Shown here: positions 28,401 through 42,400 of the stretch, piece by piece
How the letters are laid out: each line of letters begins with the position of its first letter
How positions within the stretch are numbered: position 1 is the first letter of the stretch
DNA from: Nageia nagi
Lineage: Eukaryota > Plantae > Pinophyta
Assembly: GCA_050084985.1 (NCBI GenBank)
Contig: JBITNC010000001.1
Location: forward strand, 20,646,001-20,710,000
Reading direction: 5' to 3'
Length of the DNA stretch: 64,000 bases
Notes under the pieces: model-generated
What the model saw: only the letters and a program-made list of their open reading frames with translations
Databases searched by the model: none
What the model was told of the DNA's origin: nothing
Made by a program: the position numbers and the translations under genes

Positions 28401-30206
28401 ATTTAGAACTTATAAATTCTAAAACCAAAATGAAGGTAAAACTTGATTATCGAACCTTCATCTTACTTGATATTTTGAGTAAAGCTTTTGGAGACCAAAA
28501 GCCCCTAATGGGGGACAAGTGATCCAAAATCAATTTTTGAATGCATTTAAAATGTAAAAAAGAGCAATATCCTTCATTCTTGAAACATACCTCAAGATTT
28601 TATTAATAACATTGAGGTGCTCAACATACAATTTTTGTATAAACTATGCCATAATATTTACTACAAAGGTAACATATGGCTTAGATATAGTCATATAAAA
28701 AAGACTATCAATTATTTACCTATAAGATTGGTCTAAAATGGATTTTTTGATGTATTGAAAATGTGAAAATAATAAATTTCTTATTTTTATATATTTATGT
28801 GCTCGATGTTGAAGTCCTCTTCTCCAAGATCTCAATGATTTGAACAATGAAGAAAATAGAGTTTTCGTTCACAAGTTATCTCTCCTCCAAGTTTTGAAAA
28901 AATAATAATTAAAAATTATTATTTTTCAAATTAAAAGGGTAATATTTATTTTTAATACTAATTTAATCCCAATCATGGGACCTAAAGAAGCCAATGTGGT
29001 ATTTACAAGTTTGCATGTGGAAGTACATGGATAATTCTATACATGGAATTCCAAAAATATATACCCACATTTCCACATAGCATAATCTCTAATTTTTGTG
29101 GGAGTTGGTTATTTGCCTACATATGAAGGAGGGTAAATGATGTTGAGGTGGCCAGTGATCAAACATAATGGATTCCATAAAATATATAGGGTAAAAGTTG
29201 ATGTGGAGGTGGATCCCAACCCACCATGGAGGACACTAGGTATGATTTGGTATGGTGTTATTTACCAATCAATGAGAATCAAGGAGCTTGTTGATCATTT
29301 TTCAAATTTACCAGTGCGTGGGAGCTCTCAAATCCATTGATGTGGAGTTAATGGCCCATACCTCTCAAAGGAGCCTAACTCAATGCCAAGTATCTACTCC
29401 ATAAAAAGATTTGTATATTAGCAAAAAGGTCATCAACTATTGTGTGGCAACACCCTTTAGAGAAACATGCTTATCATCCAAGTTTTTTGACAAGCCATGG
29501 AGGTAAACACCAAACTACCAACCTCCAACCTAAAGAGGGTGATAGCATTGGTTAAAAAGGGGATTTGAACTCCCTAATTTAGATTTATTATGCCAAGTGG
29601 TTCCAAAACTCACACGTCACCCCATTATAGCATATTCATTGGAATTCAAAGGAGCTTGAACACATGATAAGTGGAATCTTCAAGTGTCATATTCTATGGA
29701 AAATAGTTGAGACTTTATTGTGATGTGGTGTTAAAATAAGGGTTTAAAATAGGGTTTTCATTTTTTATAGTAAATGAAATTTACTATTAATAATGCTAAA
29801 ATCAAAATAAATTCTTGACCAAATAAAATGGAGCCCTAAAAACAAGGAGAAAAAAACCTATGGGAAATCTAAAATCAAAATTTTTTTTGAGGAGATATGG
29901 TAGAGCATTTGAAAAGGGGAAAATAGCAATTTTGGTATTATTCATTGTAACCAATTTATTTTTTAAAATAGCTCCTTATTATTATAAAAGGATGCTAAAA
30001 ATATTGTAAATGGCTAGAAAAGAAGGAGGATAAAACTCTTAGAAGAAGCTTTGTGAAAGCTTTTGTGAGCCCATTTATTTTGGTAATTACTTTATATTTT
30101 ATAATTGCTTAAAAATTAAAGAATTTGCAAGCACTTAGAAATATACAAGTGTGAAAATATGTAGTGTTTATCTTATAATTCCAAGGTAACTAGGGTTTAT
30201 GGATCA
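25458..30206 (+). mobile_element. Internally deleted (non-autonomous) Gypsy LTR element nested in the Copia RT
   Basis: 5' LTR 25458-27215 (TGATCAG...GGACCA); PBS TGGTATTAGAGC at 27219; gag zinc-knuckle remnant at ~27570-27630; protease-like QQCNLRFAI...DVVSL (ORF 27790); PPT AATGGGGGACAAG; 3' LTR 28520-30206 (TGATCC...GGATCA); TSD AAGAT/AAGAC. Confidence 0.85.
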
Positions 30207-32812
30207 AAGACATAGCATCTATTAACTAAGAGATAGAGTAATTCCAAGAGAGACTAGGATTGCAGCAGGTTTGCACTCCTCCATTCCAAACTTTTACAAT
30301 ATGTATAAGATATAATTGGATTGAATAAGGTAAGTTAAATCTTTATAATTGTTAACTTTCATACCAAGGTAGTAGTGAAAGAGATCAAGATCAGTTTTAA
30401 ATATTGCCTTAAGTTTGGATATGCATTCTTGGATGATTTTGATATTATTTCCTATGATCAAATGATCATCCATATAAAGAAGAATAAAGACTAAGTCTTT
30501 TCCCTAATTGAGCACATATAGATTTATATTAGAGAAGCACTTAGAGAAACCAATGTATACAAAGTTTCTTGAAATTATTTTGTAGCAAGCTCTAGGTGCC
30601 TGCTTAAGTCCATACAAGGACTTCTTTATCTTACACATAAGATACCCTTTCCTACCATAACAAAACCTTTAAGTTGATTCATGTAGATCACCATTGAGAA
30701 AATCACTTTTGATGTCAAGTTAAAAAGTTTTCAATCCTTGTGCTTCTAAAATAGTAATAATTAACCTAACTATAAGAATATTTTCAATTGGAGCAAATAT
30801 TTCCTCATAATCAACTTTGTATTTTTGAGAAAAACTCTTGGCTGCTAACCTTGCCTTGTACTTCTCAATTTTTCCAACTAAATTGTATTTGATATTCTAA
30901 ATCCACTTATTGCTAATCATATTCTATTTAATAGGATATGGAACCAAGTCCTAAGTTTAATTTTTCATTAGAGCCTTGTACTCCACTTTCATGAATTCCA
31001 TCTAATAATCATGCTCTAAAGCTTCCTTGAATGATGAAGGCTCATTCTTGCTATCACTTTTAGCAAACAATGATTTGTTTAAGATCATACTTATTGTTAT
31101 CCATTGTGTTAGAGAACTTTTCTCTTGAGGTGACTTATGTACACTGATATTCATCTAGTTAGGTACAACATAAGAGTCATTAATATCTTCCATATTCTCA
31201 TAATAAGTACATTCCTTAATAATTTCATTGAAATTTACATCCCTCAAGATGAACACTACTCTAGAGAAAGGAGTATAGAGCCTGTAGACTCCATGCTAAC
31301 TATCATAGCACAAAAATATGTACTTTTCAAATCTCTTATCTAGCTTCTTTTTTTCTTAGATACTATGGATCAAAATTTATACTATATGTGATCTAACATG
31401 GATAAAAAATTCAAATTCACACACAAACCTCAAATTACATGACTATGATTTTCTTAATTAGTGTTAGGTAGAAAACTTGATAAAGGTATGTCCAAATCTT
31501 TGAATAATAAGTTAAAAATTTACAATAATATAATTAAACCCTAAATGCACCTAAAGGGGTAGAGGGGCCTCCAACCTATGCCCCTTGAGGTACCTAGGTG
31601 ACCATGAAGTGAGTCTCCTCATTCCAAATGTTATGTATCCCTCAAATAATTGAGAACAAATGAATTATATATGCCTATTTATGGAAATACTTGTGTCTAA
31701 ATGCTCTTTAAATGATTTCTATGGTGTATTTGAACTATGGATATGATATTTACATGTTTAGGTGTCTAAAATTGAGATCTAGCATAAGAAACCCTAGAAA
31801 ACCTTAAATGCTTAATAATTAAGATATCTTTAAATATCCTTGGGTCAATTTGATCTAAGGATACCCATGAGATCTAATGGATGTTCATAATATATGTTTA
31901 AGCTATTATGAGTTCAAATAATGATTTTATTAATGGAAACACAAACTAATATGGTTTTAACCTAAACAACATATTACATGCATATAATTTTATGGAGGAT
32001 ACAAAGGTAGGTCTTCCCAAGCTCTTCTATGGTTTTATTATCTTCAAATCCCTACAAAAAACTTGAATACACCAAATACATATAATAATAATTCTATTTA
32101 AACATAGAAACACCATAGAAATATCACCTTCTGAGTGTGGAATCAAACTTTGAGAGATTTGATGGAGAATTATGGAGTAAATCCTTGATCCTTCAAACCC
32201 TTATCTCAAAATCCTAGCAATATGATCTTAAAGCAATGTGTGAGAGAAAAAATCATACATTTATAAGAGAGAAAATGAATTATGAGCACAAATGAATTAG
32301 GAGAAGAATTTCTAATTTCACTTTTAGCTATATACCTCTTGACACAACTTAAGTTATTTGAACTAGATACCCATGTTTGCTCATATTTGTGTTTTAAGAC
32401 ATTTTTGCTCTATTTGAGACTTTTGAATAGTTTTATTTTACATAATAAGATATTAAGAGTAAATCAAATAATTATTTAAGGCATATTAATGAAATAAAAC
32501 ATATCTACTCAAAAAGTTTTATTTTTTAGTATCTACATTTTCACCTATTGGACTAGGTCTTTTGCATAAAAGACTTAGTTCAACAAGTGTTGATTCCTAG
32601 ATGTTAGTTGAGAAAATATTTTAAACATTTTACAATTTGAACAAAATTTAAATAATTTGAATGAATATGTAAAAACTATGCATTCATGGTGGAAGAAAGC
32701 ATAAACATCCAAAAAAAATATGTATAGGGATTTAAATGTAGTATTTTGGAGGTGAAAAAACTTGAATAATGTAGAATAAATATAAATAAGAATTCAAATT
32801 TAGTATTCATCA

Positions 32813-32995
32813 AATTTGAATCCTAAACAATATGTTCTTGGAAAATTCAAAATAAATATGGATAACAATTTGAATGTACCTTGTGATAATTCAAACCCTA
32901 ACCAATGTGTTTGTGGAAAATTTGGAATAAATATGTGTAACAATTTGAATGTAATATTCTTCAAATTTGAATGCCAAGCAATGTGTTCATGGAGG
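32813..32995. repeat. ~75-bp degenerate tandem repeat in the 3' region of the Tat element
   Basis: Units begin at ~32813, ~32888 and ~32963 (AATT.GAA.CC.AA.CAATGTGTT..TGGAAAATT...AATAAATATG..TAACAATTTGAATGTA). Confidence 0.7.
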
Positions 32996-33520
32996 TAGAT
33001 ATTTTAACCACCTATATAGTATTTAATGATCAAATGCATCAAACCTATGCAAAGCGTTGGTAATGGAGTAAGCACGTAGACTTCCTAGCAAGCACATAGA
33101 CTTGCTTAAAAACTTAGAAATTTGAATAATTCATATTTTGAAAAAATTTAAAATCAAATAGCTTTGAAAAATTTTGTGATTTGGAAAGAAAATTTGAATA
33201 ATTTTGTAAATTTGAAAGAAACATTGAATAATTTCATAAACAAATGAAATAAAACATATGTTTTGAGGTAAAATTTTGAATTTTTTGCACTTTTGGTAAA
33301 AATGAATTTGTAAAAATTTATACAAATAGGTGGTCCCCCCTTCCCTTGAGCAATATTGTATTGATCACAATGGTCAATACAAAATTGATCAAAAAAGAAA
33401 GAATTTGTGTGTGATGTTTGTGAAAAGTTTTGCATATCTAATGTTTTTGTCTCACTTTTTTTTATTGCCCCAATATATTTTTGTAATAAACTATGGGGAT
33501 GAAAAAATATAATTTGAATA

Positions 33521-34219
33521 AGGTTGGGTACACCTATTAAAAAAAATAAATAAATAAAAAAAATAAAAAATAAACCTTAAAATGGTTACAAAAGGTAAAT
33601 AAGTAAGAAAAATTACCATTTTTTACCTCATTTGTCACATACGAAAGATGGAATTTTGGTGGAAAATGAGCAATCAAATGACATGGTGGTGAATGATGTA
33701 GTTATAGATCAAATTTTTATCAATCAATAATTCCCTAGACATTAGGTAGGCCCAAAATACAAATTACTCATTTTTTATGTAATTTTTGAATGTATTTTAG
33801 TGTAAAAATAGTGTAAGATTTTGCATTTTCTTGTTTTAAATCCAAATAGTCCTAATCTGGCTAGAAAAGAACACAAAATGAACATGTAGATGATAGTAAA
33901 ATATCCCTCAAAATAGAACTCCCAAAATGAATTGAATCAAAAGATATTTAAATTCTAAAAAATTCCCAACAAGAAGGTTTTAGATGGTATTTTATTCATT
34001 GTGCTCAAACGAGGGTCGGATCCAAAAACTATTTGATACCCACATATTATTTTACTCTGTAAAATAATTGCATAGTGCTAGACTTTCAAAAAATATCTTG
34101 ATTCAATTAAAAATGTGATTTTTCCCCAAAGAAGATATGCATAAGGATATTTTAGTTTTGAATTTTGCAAATAACTCCAAATTTGAATGTCAAATTGAAA
34201 AATGCAGGAGAACCCACCT
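33521..34219. mobile_element. Possible MITE-like insertion
   Basis: Imperfect terminal inverted repeats AGGTTGGGTACACCT / AGGAGAACCCACCT, each flanked by TA. No coding capacity. Confidence 0.35.
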
Positions 34220-34631
34220 TATTATTTGATCCCACTTAGGTAGTTGTGAATTTTATTTAATTGAAAACTAAGTTTTTTTTTACCATTTTATGAATTTTTT
34301 ATCTTCTTGGACCTTAGGTGAGGTCCATTTTAAACCTTAGGCCAAGCACACCATGCTTAGGCCTAGGCACATGTGCCTAGCCTATAAACCCTTTTGGGCC
34401 CTGCTTGGCTCATTGTTCAAAACCTTTTACTCTAAATTACATGTTTGAGAATTATTTAAGGGTTATTCCTCAAATTTAATGCTTTGTAAATTGAATTAAA
34501 CCTTATTTTATGCAATTTTATCAAATTTTGCAATATTGATCTATTTGTTATCCAATAAATGTTGTTTCGATAATTTTCTCAAAAAATATCAAGTTGGCTA
34601 ATATAACTTCAGGAACTTGTTGGTTGGTGTC

Positions 34632-35710
34632 ATAAATGCTTAAAAAGATCAACACTTAGAAGTTGAAATAATACATTATTATTTATAAGAAAATAAACTA
34701 ACAATTGTATAATAATATTAATACAATTAAAATTATAAACATAAAATGAAATCCTATAGTTATAAAAATCAATGTTGCAATAAAATCTAATAATAGAATT
34801 AAACATCATCATTATAATTGATATAATTCTTACTTTATAAATTTAAATAATAAAGTTGATTTTTTTAATGAAAAACTAAAATGTATATTAAATAAAATTT
34901 AATCATAAAAAAAGGAATAAGTAGAGTTAGCAAGTAGAATTTTGCCATGCATATAAATTTAAAAATTTTAATAAATAGTCAGCTATAGTTATTTTGTGTA
35001 TAAAACTACATTAAGTAAAAGTTTTAAATTCATCCAATGATGTGAGGGGAGTTGGAGAGGAGTAGTAAGATAAAATTCTAAGTTGAAAAAAGAGGTCCCA
35101 TATTCAAAACTTTCCTCCTTCCATTATGTGGATATGCTAAATTCAATCAATGGATGACCATGTTAGTGTAAATGAGGTCAATGCAACTTCTGAAAGAGAA
35201 CTCAAACACTGAATCTAATTCCAAGAAATTAACTCACAAGATTAGTAATAGCTAACGAGGAATAGAAATCGTAGAAAGGGAGAATTCATGAACAGTTTTA
35301 AGTGAGGAATATGTTATTCATTATTCAGCACTAGGAATATGAGGTGCAAGGCCTTCATTTTTGCTCAATATTTTCTATTTATAGTAGTGTAGGTGGCATA
35401 TTTTATTCATATCATACTTAATGATCATGGTGTTAGAAAAACTAATGCAGTTTTGGAGGTGGAATGGGCTTACCAGAGCTCTATTCCTTGCTCTTCATCA
35501 TTTTCACTTGAGAGCTCTTCCAGTGACTTTCCCTTGGTTTTTGAAACTAGAAATGTGAACAAAAATCCTAGCCCATTTGTAACTCCTAAAACTATCAAAG
35601 AATTCTTCACTCCAATGCCCTTGTGGTAACCACTATCAACTTCCACGTCATGAGTTCTCTATGCTGCATAGAGAAACTTGAATGCTCCCATAATGGCTCC
35701 CACTTTGCCT
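34632..35710 (-). pseudogene. PHT1: Copy of the PHT1 3' end (last ~290 nt of CDS plus ~790 nt downstream) inside the Tat element
   Basis: Colinear with 58828-59905. ORF 35393 mirrors ORF 59483. Differences are mostly C>T/G>A. Confidence 0.95.
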
Positions 35711-35714
35711 AAGT

Positions 35715-36450
35715 GGATGTGGTTACACATCATTGGTTTGGGATATACTAGCATGATTCATAAGGTTGCGGTGAAATCAAGGTATGTGATAGCCTTGTGT
35801 GAGTAGTGGGACTCATCCATCAACACTTTCCATCTATCGATTAGGGAGTGCATTGTGACTTTAGAGGATGTCTATTGGATACTAAGAATTCCTATGGAGG
35901 GTGCATTGATTATTGGTCTACTAGATAAGATATGGAGATAGGAAATGGCCATTAGGATTATTAGTCATTATTACCATATATTGCAATGTAGCAAAGGAGG
36001 ATTTCAGTATGAGCATGCATACAATGATGGGATCATAGATATATTGACACATTTTGTGATGATTATCATCATCATTTTTTGGGCTATCAATTGCTTCATG
36101 GTGCAGGCTCCCCTAGAAGCTATACCAAGTTCTAAGAAAGATGAAGGATGACAATTGAGTATTTACATGGGGACTAACCTTCCTAGCCTAGCTATATCAT
36201 GAGCTATGGGATATAAAGATTAGTGTCTATATAGGGACATGCTACTCACTATTTTTGTAGGTATAAGGATGGGAGTGTATAATAGTGGCTTAACTCGTAG
36301 GTCTACCATTGAATGTTCATGCTCATGATACACTTTATTTTGAGGATCATAACACAAAGTGTCCATATAGGATATGTTGGGTAAATTATCATGAGCCCAA
36401 GATTGGATGACTAAGAGGTAGTTAATTAGCATAATTCAAAGATATATTTT
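35715..36450 (+). pseudogene. Plant mobile domain (PMD/aminotransferase-like, MAIN/MAIL-related) remnant, antisense to gag-pol
   Basis: ALCE*WDSSINTFHLSIRECIVTLEDVYWILRIPMEG at ~35790-35905 and FTWGLTFLA*LYHEL at ~36160-36205 match PMD consensus motifs. Confidence 0.85.
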
Positions 36451-39400
36451 GAAGACTACAACCTAGAGATATGATTTGAAGGTCATAAAAAGGATGCTAG
36501 GTGGGATAAGGAAATAATTTAGCTAGCTCATACAAGATGAGTGAGACAGGTTAGGATCTATAGAGACTAGATAGAGTTCATTAAGTACCATTGAGCACTT
36601 TGAAACTTTGAGAAGATACAAGATATACCTCTTGAGTTAATGGTTTATAGTTGGTCAAATGGTAGAGATGATAATCCCCATATCTAGTACCAGGAGACCT
36701 ACAAGGAGGCTAATAGTGATGATGAGATAGAAATATATAAGGATAACATAGATTGGATAGAGGCCTACAGCAAATTATAGATAGCTTGACATCTAGAGTG
36801 GGTCAAGGAGGAGGCTGCATAGGAAAAGGATGAGCCCTTGCAGAGATAGGTTGGATGCAAAAAAAAGGTCCCCTTAATGATATGTGGAAGGTACAAAAGG
36901 AGTTATTGATACTAGGATAATGATGGTAGAAGAGAGGATAAGATACCTAGAGCACCATCTCATCAAGCAAGAGCATTAGCTTACTAAGAGAGAACATAGG
37001 CTAGAGTAAAGTAGCCAACACAAGTAGGATAGTCAACTCTGAGAGGTTGAGCTCCATTAGAGAGTCTGAGATCTAGAGAAGCACATGAAAGAGCATTATT
37101 AGAGGTTAAAAGACTAAGTAACCAAAGAATATCAAGCCTACTTAGAGAGAGCTAGAGATGATATAGATTATTATTGGCCTAAGTCAATGACTATATGACT
37201 TACATAAACTATTAGAGAGGTAGGACCAATGGATGGGGATTTACCATATAGAGTTCATATAGAGGATATTCCACTACCAAATGTCCCCTCTAGTACACAA
37301 GCATAGATTTGGACTTATAGGAAATATGGGGGACATGGGGGCTCTAGAAGTACATGTGTAGAGAGCTCAACTCATGTGATATCCTACCCACATGACAGGG
37401 TTAGGCAAATAGGGGAGAAAGTTCTAGAGACATCCTAATATGTGATGAGATAGTGCAAGAGATCTCAATCCTCTTCCTAATAGCTTTGAGAGTGGACAAT
37501 GGTGATGAGACACATACCTTTTGGCTAGTTTAGGCTACATAGGCTAGATTAGATATATGAGATGAGTGCATATTGCTAGATAATATTTTATACTTGAGCA
37601 CTTTAGATGAATTATGTACTTTTTGATAGCTTACACCACCATTATATATGTTATGGTTTTTTATATTTTATTTTGAAATCATGGTGAATGTATGTATGTT
37701 ATTTTTTACTATTATGACGGTTATGGAATATGATGGTTCTATTTATGCATGATTTTATTGTTATGAATTTTGATATGGTTATGATGAATGTATTTTAAAT
37801 TTGATTTATATGGATGAATTTTAATATTTAAAAATTAACAATAAAACATGAAGGTATGATGTAGGATTTTTGCAACCAACTTCTATTTTAATGTGCTGAA
37901 TGAGACCTTGTTCCTCTCATTTTATGAAACAATGTGAGAAAATCCATTCAATGATCCTGATCCATGATGAGAAATGATGAAAACATGAACATTTGCTAAC
38001 TATGAAATGTAATAAGGGGATATGATAATTAATGTAAATAGGTTTAGAATTAACTTCCATCTGAATGTATAAGACATGTTCTAGCCTCAACCAGACTAGG
38101 AAGGATGTGTCATCTAATGATTCCATGACCTTTACAAATTGTTAAAAAAATTTAATTGAAATAAAGAGAGCACATAATAATGAATACAATCCAAGTGATT
38201 GATGCTAGTACTAAGTGATTAGTTTTTCTTATATTCCTAAAAAAGGTAGGAAACACTAAAAGAGATAAACCATCCATGTGTCAATCATAAATATCAAGAT
38301 TAATCTTGATAAAACAAAACTTTGGTAGGTAAAAAGAGACCCTCATAGCTACTTAATATAGCCTACATATGGATCCTTTTCAAATGGGTATATAAACTAA
38401 AAAATCAAGGTAAAAAATAGGATTGACTCCCATTGCAAAATGATGGCAATGATAAGATGAAATAAGATATTGATGGATATACATGATGATTAAGACAAGT
38501 ATTTTTTAGATTTTTTTTATCTTTTTTAGGAACACAAGATGTAATATGAACAAAAACCATTATGAAAAATAAGAAAACCATGCCTCCCCCTAGATTTGTA
38601 AAGAGAAAGGTGTACGATATTTATTGGTTCAACATCTTCTACCCCTTTCAAAGTAGCCAAGTGGTATGCCCTTGATCCAAATTTTCATTTAATAACATAA
38701 GTTCCCAGCCAATTTGGAATGAATTTATCTCTAAGATACCACTCTAAGTGTGAATGATTAATATGATTTTGATATAATTTTAAGTGCTCTAAGGCATTAA
38801 CATGCCTCTTATCTAGAAAAACCAACTAGCCTAATATAGCATATTGAGCCTCTAGTTTTGGAAGAAGATCATGCAATTGAATTCGAAAGGATGGGATCTC
38901 AAGCTCTATGGGCATCATGACCTCATCCTTATACACTAGTGAAAATAGTGTGGCATCTATAGGAGTGTGAGTCCTATTTCTATAGGCCCATAAAGCTAGT
39001 AGGATATGAGTGTGTCAATCCCTAGGTTATATGTTGATAGTTTTTTTAAGGATTACCACTATGGTATTATTTGTTGCTTTTACTTTCCCATTACCCTATG
39101 GATAGTAAGGCATAAAAAAATTATGTTTAATATTATATCTATAGCATAATATTTGCATTCCCTTATTCTTGATTTTTGGACCATTATCTAAAATGATCCA
39201 TGCATGGATGCTGATCCAACTAATGACATTATGCTCAATGAATTCCATAATCTTGGTTTCCTTAGTGGATATCATGGGGCCTGCCTATATCCACTTTATA
39301 TAATATTCATTGGAAATAATTATGAACTTGTGCCCTACAGTTGAAGGTAGGTTGAATTGGTTGATCAGATCAAAGCCCCATCTAAAGAATGGACACATAG

Positions 39401-42400
39401 CCTAATTGGTTTGTAATTCTTGATATTTTATGTATGTTAAATTGGCATGTTGTTGACACTTTACATACTTATTAGCATAACCATCATAATCTCTCTCCAT
39501 AGTAGACTAGTAATATCCCTTTATAATTAGTCTCTTAGCCATTACAAATCCACTAAAGTGCCCTCCACAAGTACCATCATGACATGTATGCATAGCAATT
39601 TGTTGGTACAACCACTCTAAACAACAAAAGAAAACTCCATCATAACCCCTCCTACAAACCACATCACCTAGAATGGTGTATTTAATGTATTTCTATTTTA
39701 ATTGATGCTTTTCAATGGTATACATGGTGGTGGGCAAGGTCCACCACTTAAGATAGTCCTTGAATTGGTGGTATCACAAGTCCTTAGATACAACATTGAG
39801 CTTGTTAACCTATGGTAGGGGATCCTCATGATACAAGGGAAAACCAAAAGAGGATTTATACATAGTAATCACTTCCATATGTGTGACCCTTCGAAATGGG
39901 TTTTGGGGAATCAAGGATCCTAAAGATATCATTGTATCTACAAATTAGTATGAGGATCTAAGGGTAGCCTTAATATAATATGCTTTAAAATATTTTAGTA
40001 AAGTCTCAACCATGGCCTTGCATAGTTTAATATGAGGTTGGTTACAACCATAAATTCCCTTTATTTGGTTGATAATTAGAAAAGAGTCGCCATATATCTT
40101 AAGGCACTCACACTTCATCTTTATTGCTAATTTCAAACCAAGGATGAATGCTTCATACTCAAGATTTTTATTTGTGTACTCAAAGGATAGTTTAAAATAC
40201 ATAGGCATGCAAACACCCTAAGGTGTTATAGATACTACCATGAATCCTCCCCCTTTCTCATAGTGATACATATCAAAATACATGGTCATATCAAAATCCT
40301 ATTCTTATATCTCCTTCTTAATATCAAATACACCAAATAGATTACTATCTGATAACTCGATATATAAAGGAATGTCATTCTATTGGGGTGCTTCTACAAA
40401 TTGATCTCCAATAACTTGACCCTTGATATATTTGTGGTTGATGGAATCAATTTTAAACTCCGTAAGAAACATGATCCATTTTACCACCTGAGTATTAAGC
40501 ATAGTCTTATTCATCATATACTTCAAAGGATCCATATTAGAAATAACATAGGTCTTCTAATAAATAATGTAGTGTCTCAACTTCTAAGCTACAAAGACTA
40601 CTATGAGGTATAATTTCTCAAGATGTGTGTATCTAGTTTCATACACCACTAGAGTATGACTTAAGTAGTATATGTCTTTCTCTCTCTTTGATTCATTCCA
40701 TTGGGCCAACATCAAGCCCAAAGTAAAGTCAATGGTAGAAAGGTACAAGTGAAAGGGCACTCCCATCCTAGGAGTAATAAGAATAGGAGGATGCATAAGA
40801 TACTTTTTGATTGCATCCAAGACCTCTTGATACTCTAAATCCCAATAAAAATTGATATTCTTCTTCAACAAGTTAATGAATAGTCAATATTTATCAAATA
40901 ATTATGCCAAAAATCTTCTAATAGCCTAAATCTTACCCTATAAACTCTAAACTATTTCAAATTCTTTATAGGATACATTTCATTAATATCATAGATCTTA
41001 TTAGGATATACCTTAATGCCTCTCTTGGATATAATGAACCCCAATACTTTCCCTGATAGGACCCCAAAAATACACTTCTTTGGATTGAGTCTAACATTTT
41101 ATTCTAACAATTTTTCCAAGACCTTAAACACTACCTTAAGATGAGTCTCATGTATTTTAGTTTTTATAATTATCTCATCCTTGTAATCCTCAACTATATC
41201 ATGCATGTATTCATGGAGAATATAAGCCATGGCCCTTTAATAGGTTGCTCCTATATTCTTGAGATAAATGGCATTACTCTATAGCAATAAGTTCCCCATG
41301 GAATGGTGAACATCATTTTGTGCTTATCCTCTTCAATGGTCATGGTATAATTATAGCAAGAAAATCCATCCAATTAATGAAAATATATCATGACCTATCA
41401 TGTTTTCTACTAAGGTATCAAGGTTATGCAATGGAAAATCATCCATAGGATAAGCTTTGTTTATATCCATGAAGTTTATGTAAATTCTAATTCAGCCATC
41501 TAGCTTGGGAACTATCACTAGATTGGATACCTACTATGGATAAGTAATATGCTCTATAAATTTGGAATCCAACATTTTTTATAGCTCCTCTTTAACTAAC
41601 AATGCCTTCCCAGGATGCATATAATGTGTTTTTTGTTTAATTATTTTAACATCAAGTTTTAAAGTTAAGTGATGCACCATAATGTTGGTATCCAAAGTCA
41701 ACATATCCTAATATGCATAAGCAAATGCCTTCACTCTCTTCCTGATCTTTGTAGTCCACTTTGCTAGCTTATATGTATCAAGACCTTTTCCAAATTGAAC
41801 CATTTTCTAAATATTAGGGTCACTTGATCCCAAGTCAATCTCAACTAAATCCTTAACTAGCATATACAATCCATCATCCCACTAGTGATTAAGATACAAC
41901 CAATAAGTGTCCTCATTTGTCTCATCTTCATAGGCTTCAACATGGCTACAAGGCCAAATAAAATTATCATGGGTGGTAAGATTAGTCATAGGAATCCTAC
42001 CAAAGTTAGAAATATCTTGATCCACCACATGAATGCTATCAAAATCAAGGGGATGAGAGAAAGAAGAAATCAAGAAGACTTCACCCATGTTAACATGTTT
42101 GAATAGAAAGGGAGGAATAGAACACTGAGACATTGGAGAAGAGGGTGCTTTACATACAATTCCTCATGAGGGAAGGCAAGTTCCTTGTAATCTCCCTCAT
42201 ACTTTATCTCATGGATTTGGGTTGTGGTTGTTATTGCTCAAGAATCTTTCAAATCAAGGCTTCATTTATCTTTGTCACCTTGAGTGGGTAATTTCATGAT
42301 ATGAATCATACCTTGCTCATACAATCCCAAGCCAAATTCTTTCCATTTACACTTGGCAAAGTAATGTCAAATAAAGAAAGGTTTAGAAAAATAATCAAGT

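Noticed and set aside
34363-34380. Perfect 18-bp palindrome CTAGGCACATGTGCCTAG
   Set aside because: It lies in a formerly GC-rich repetitive TE segment, and there is no evidence of function.
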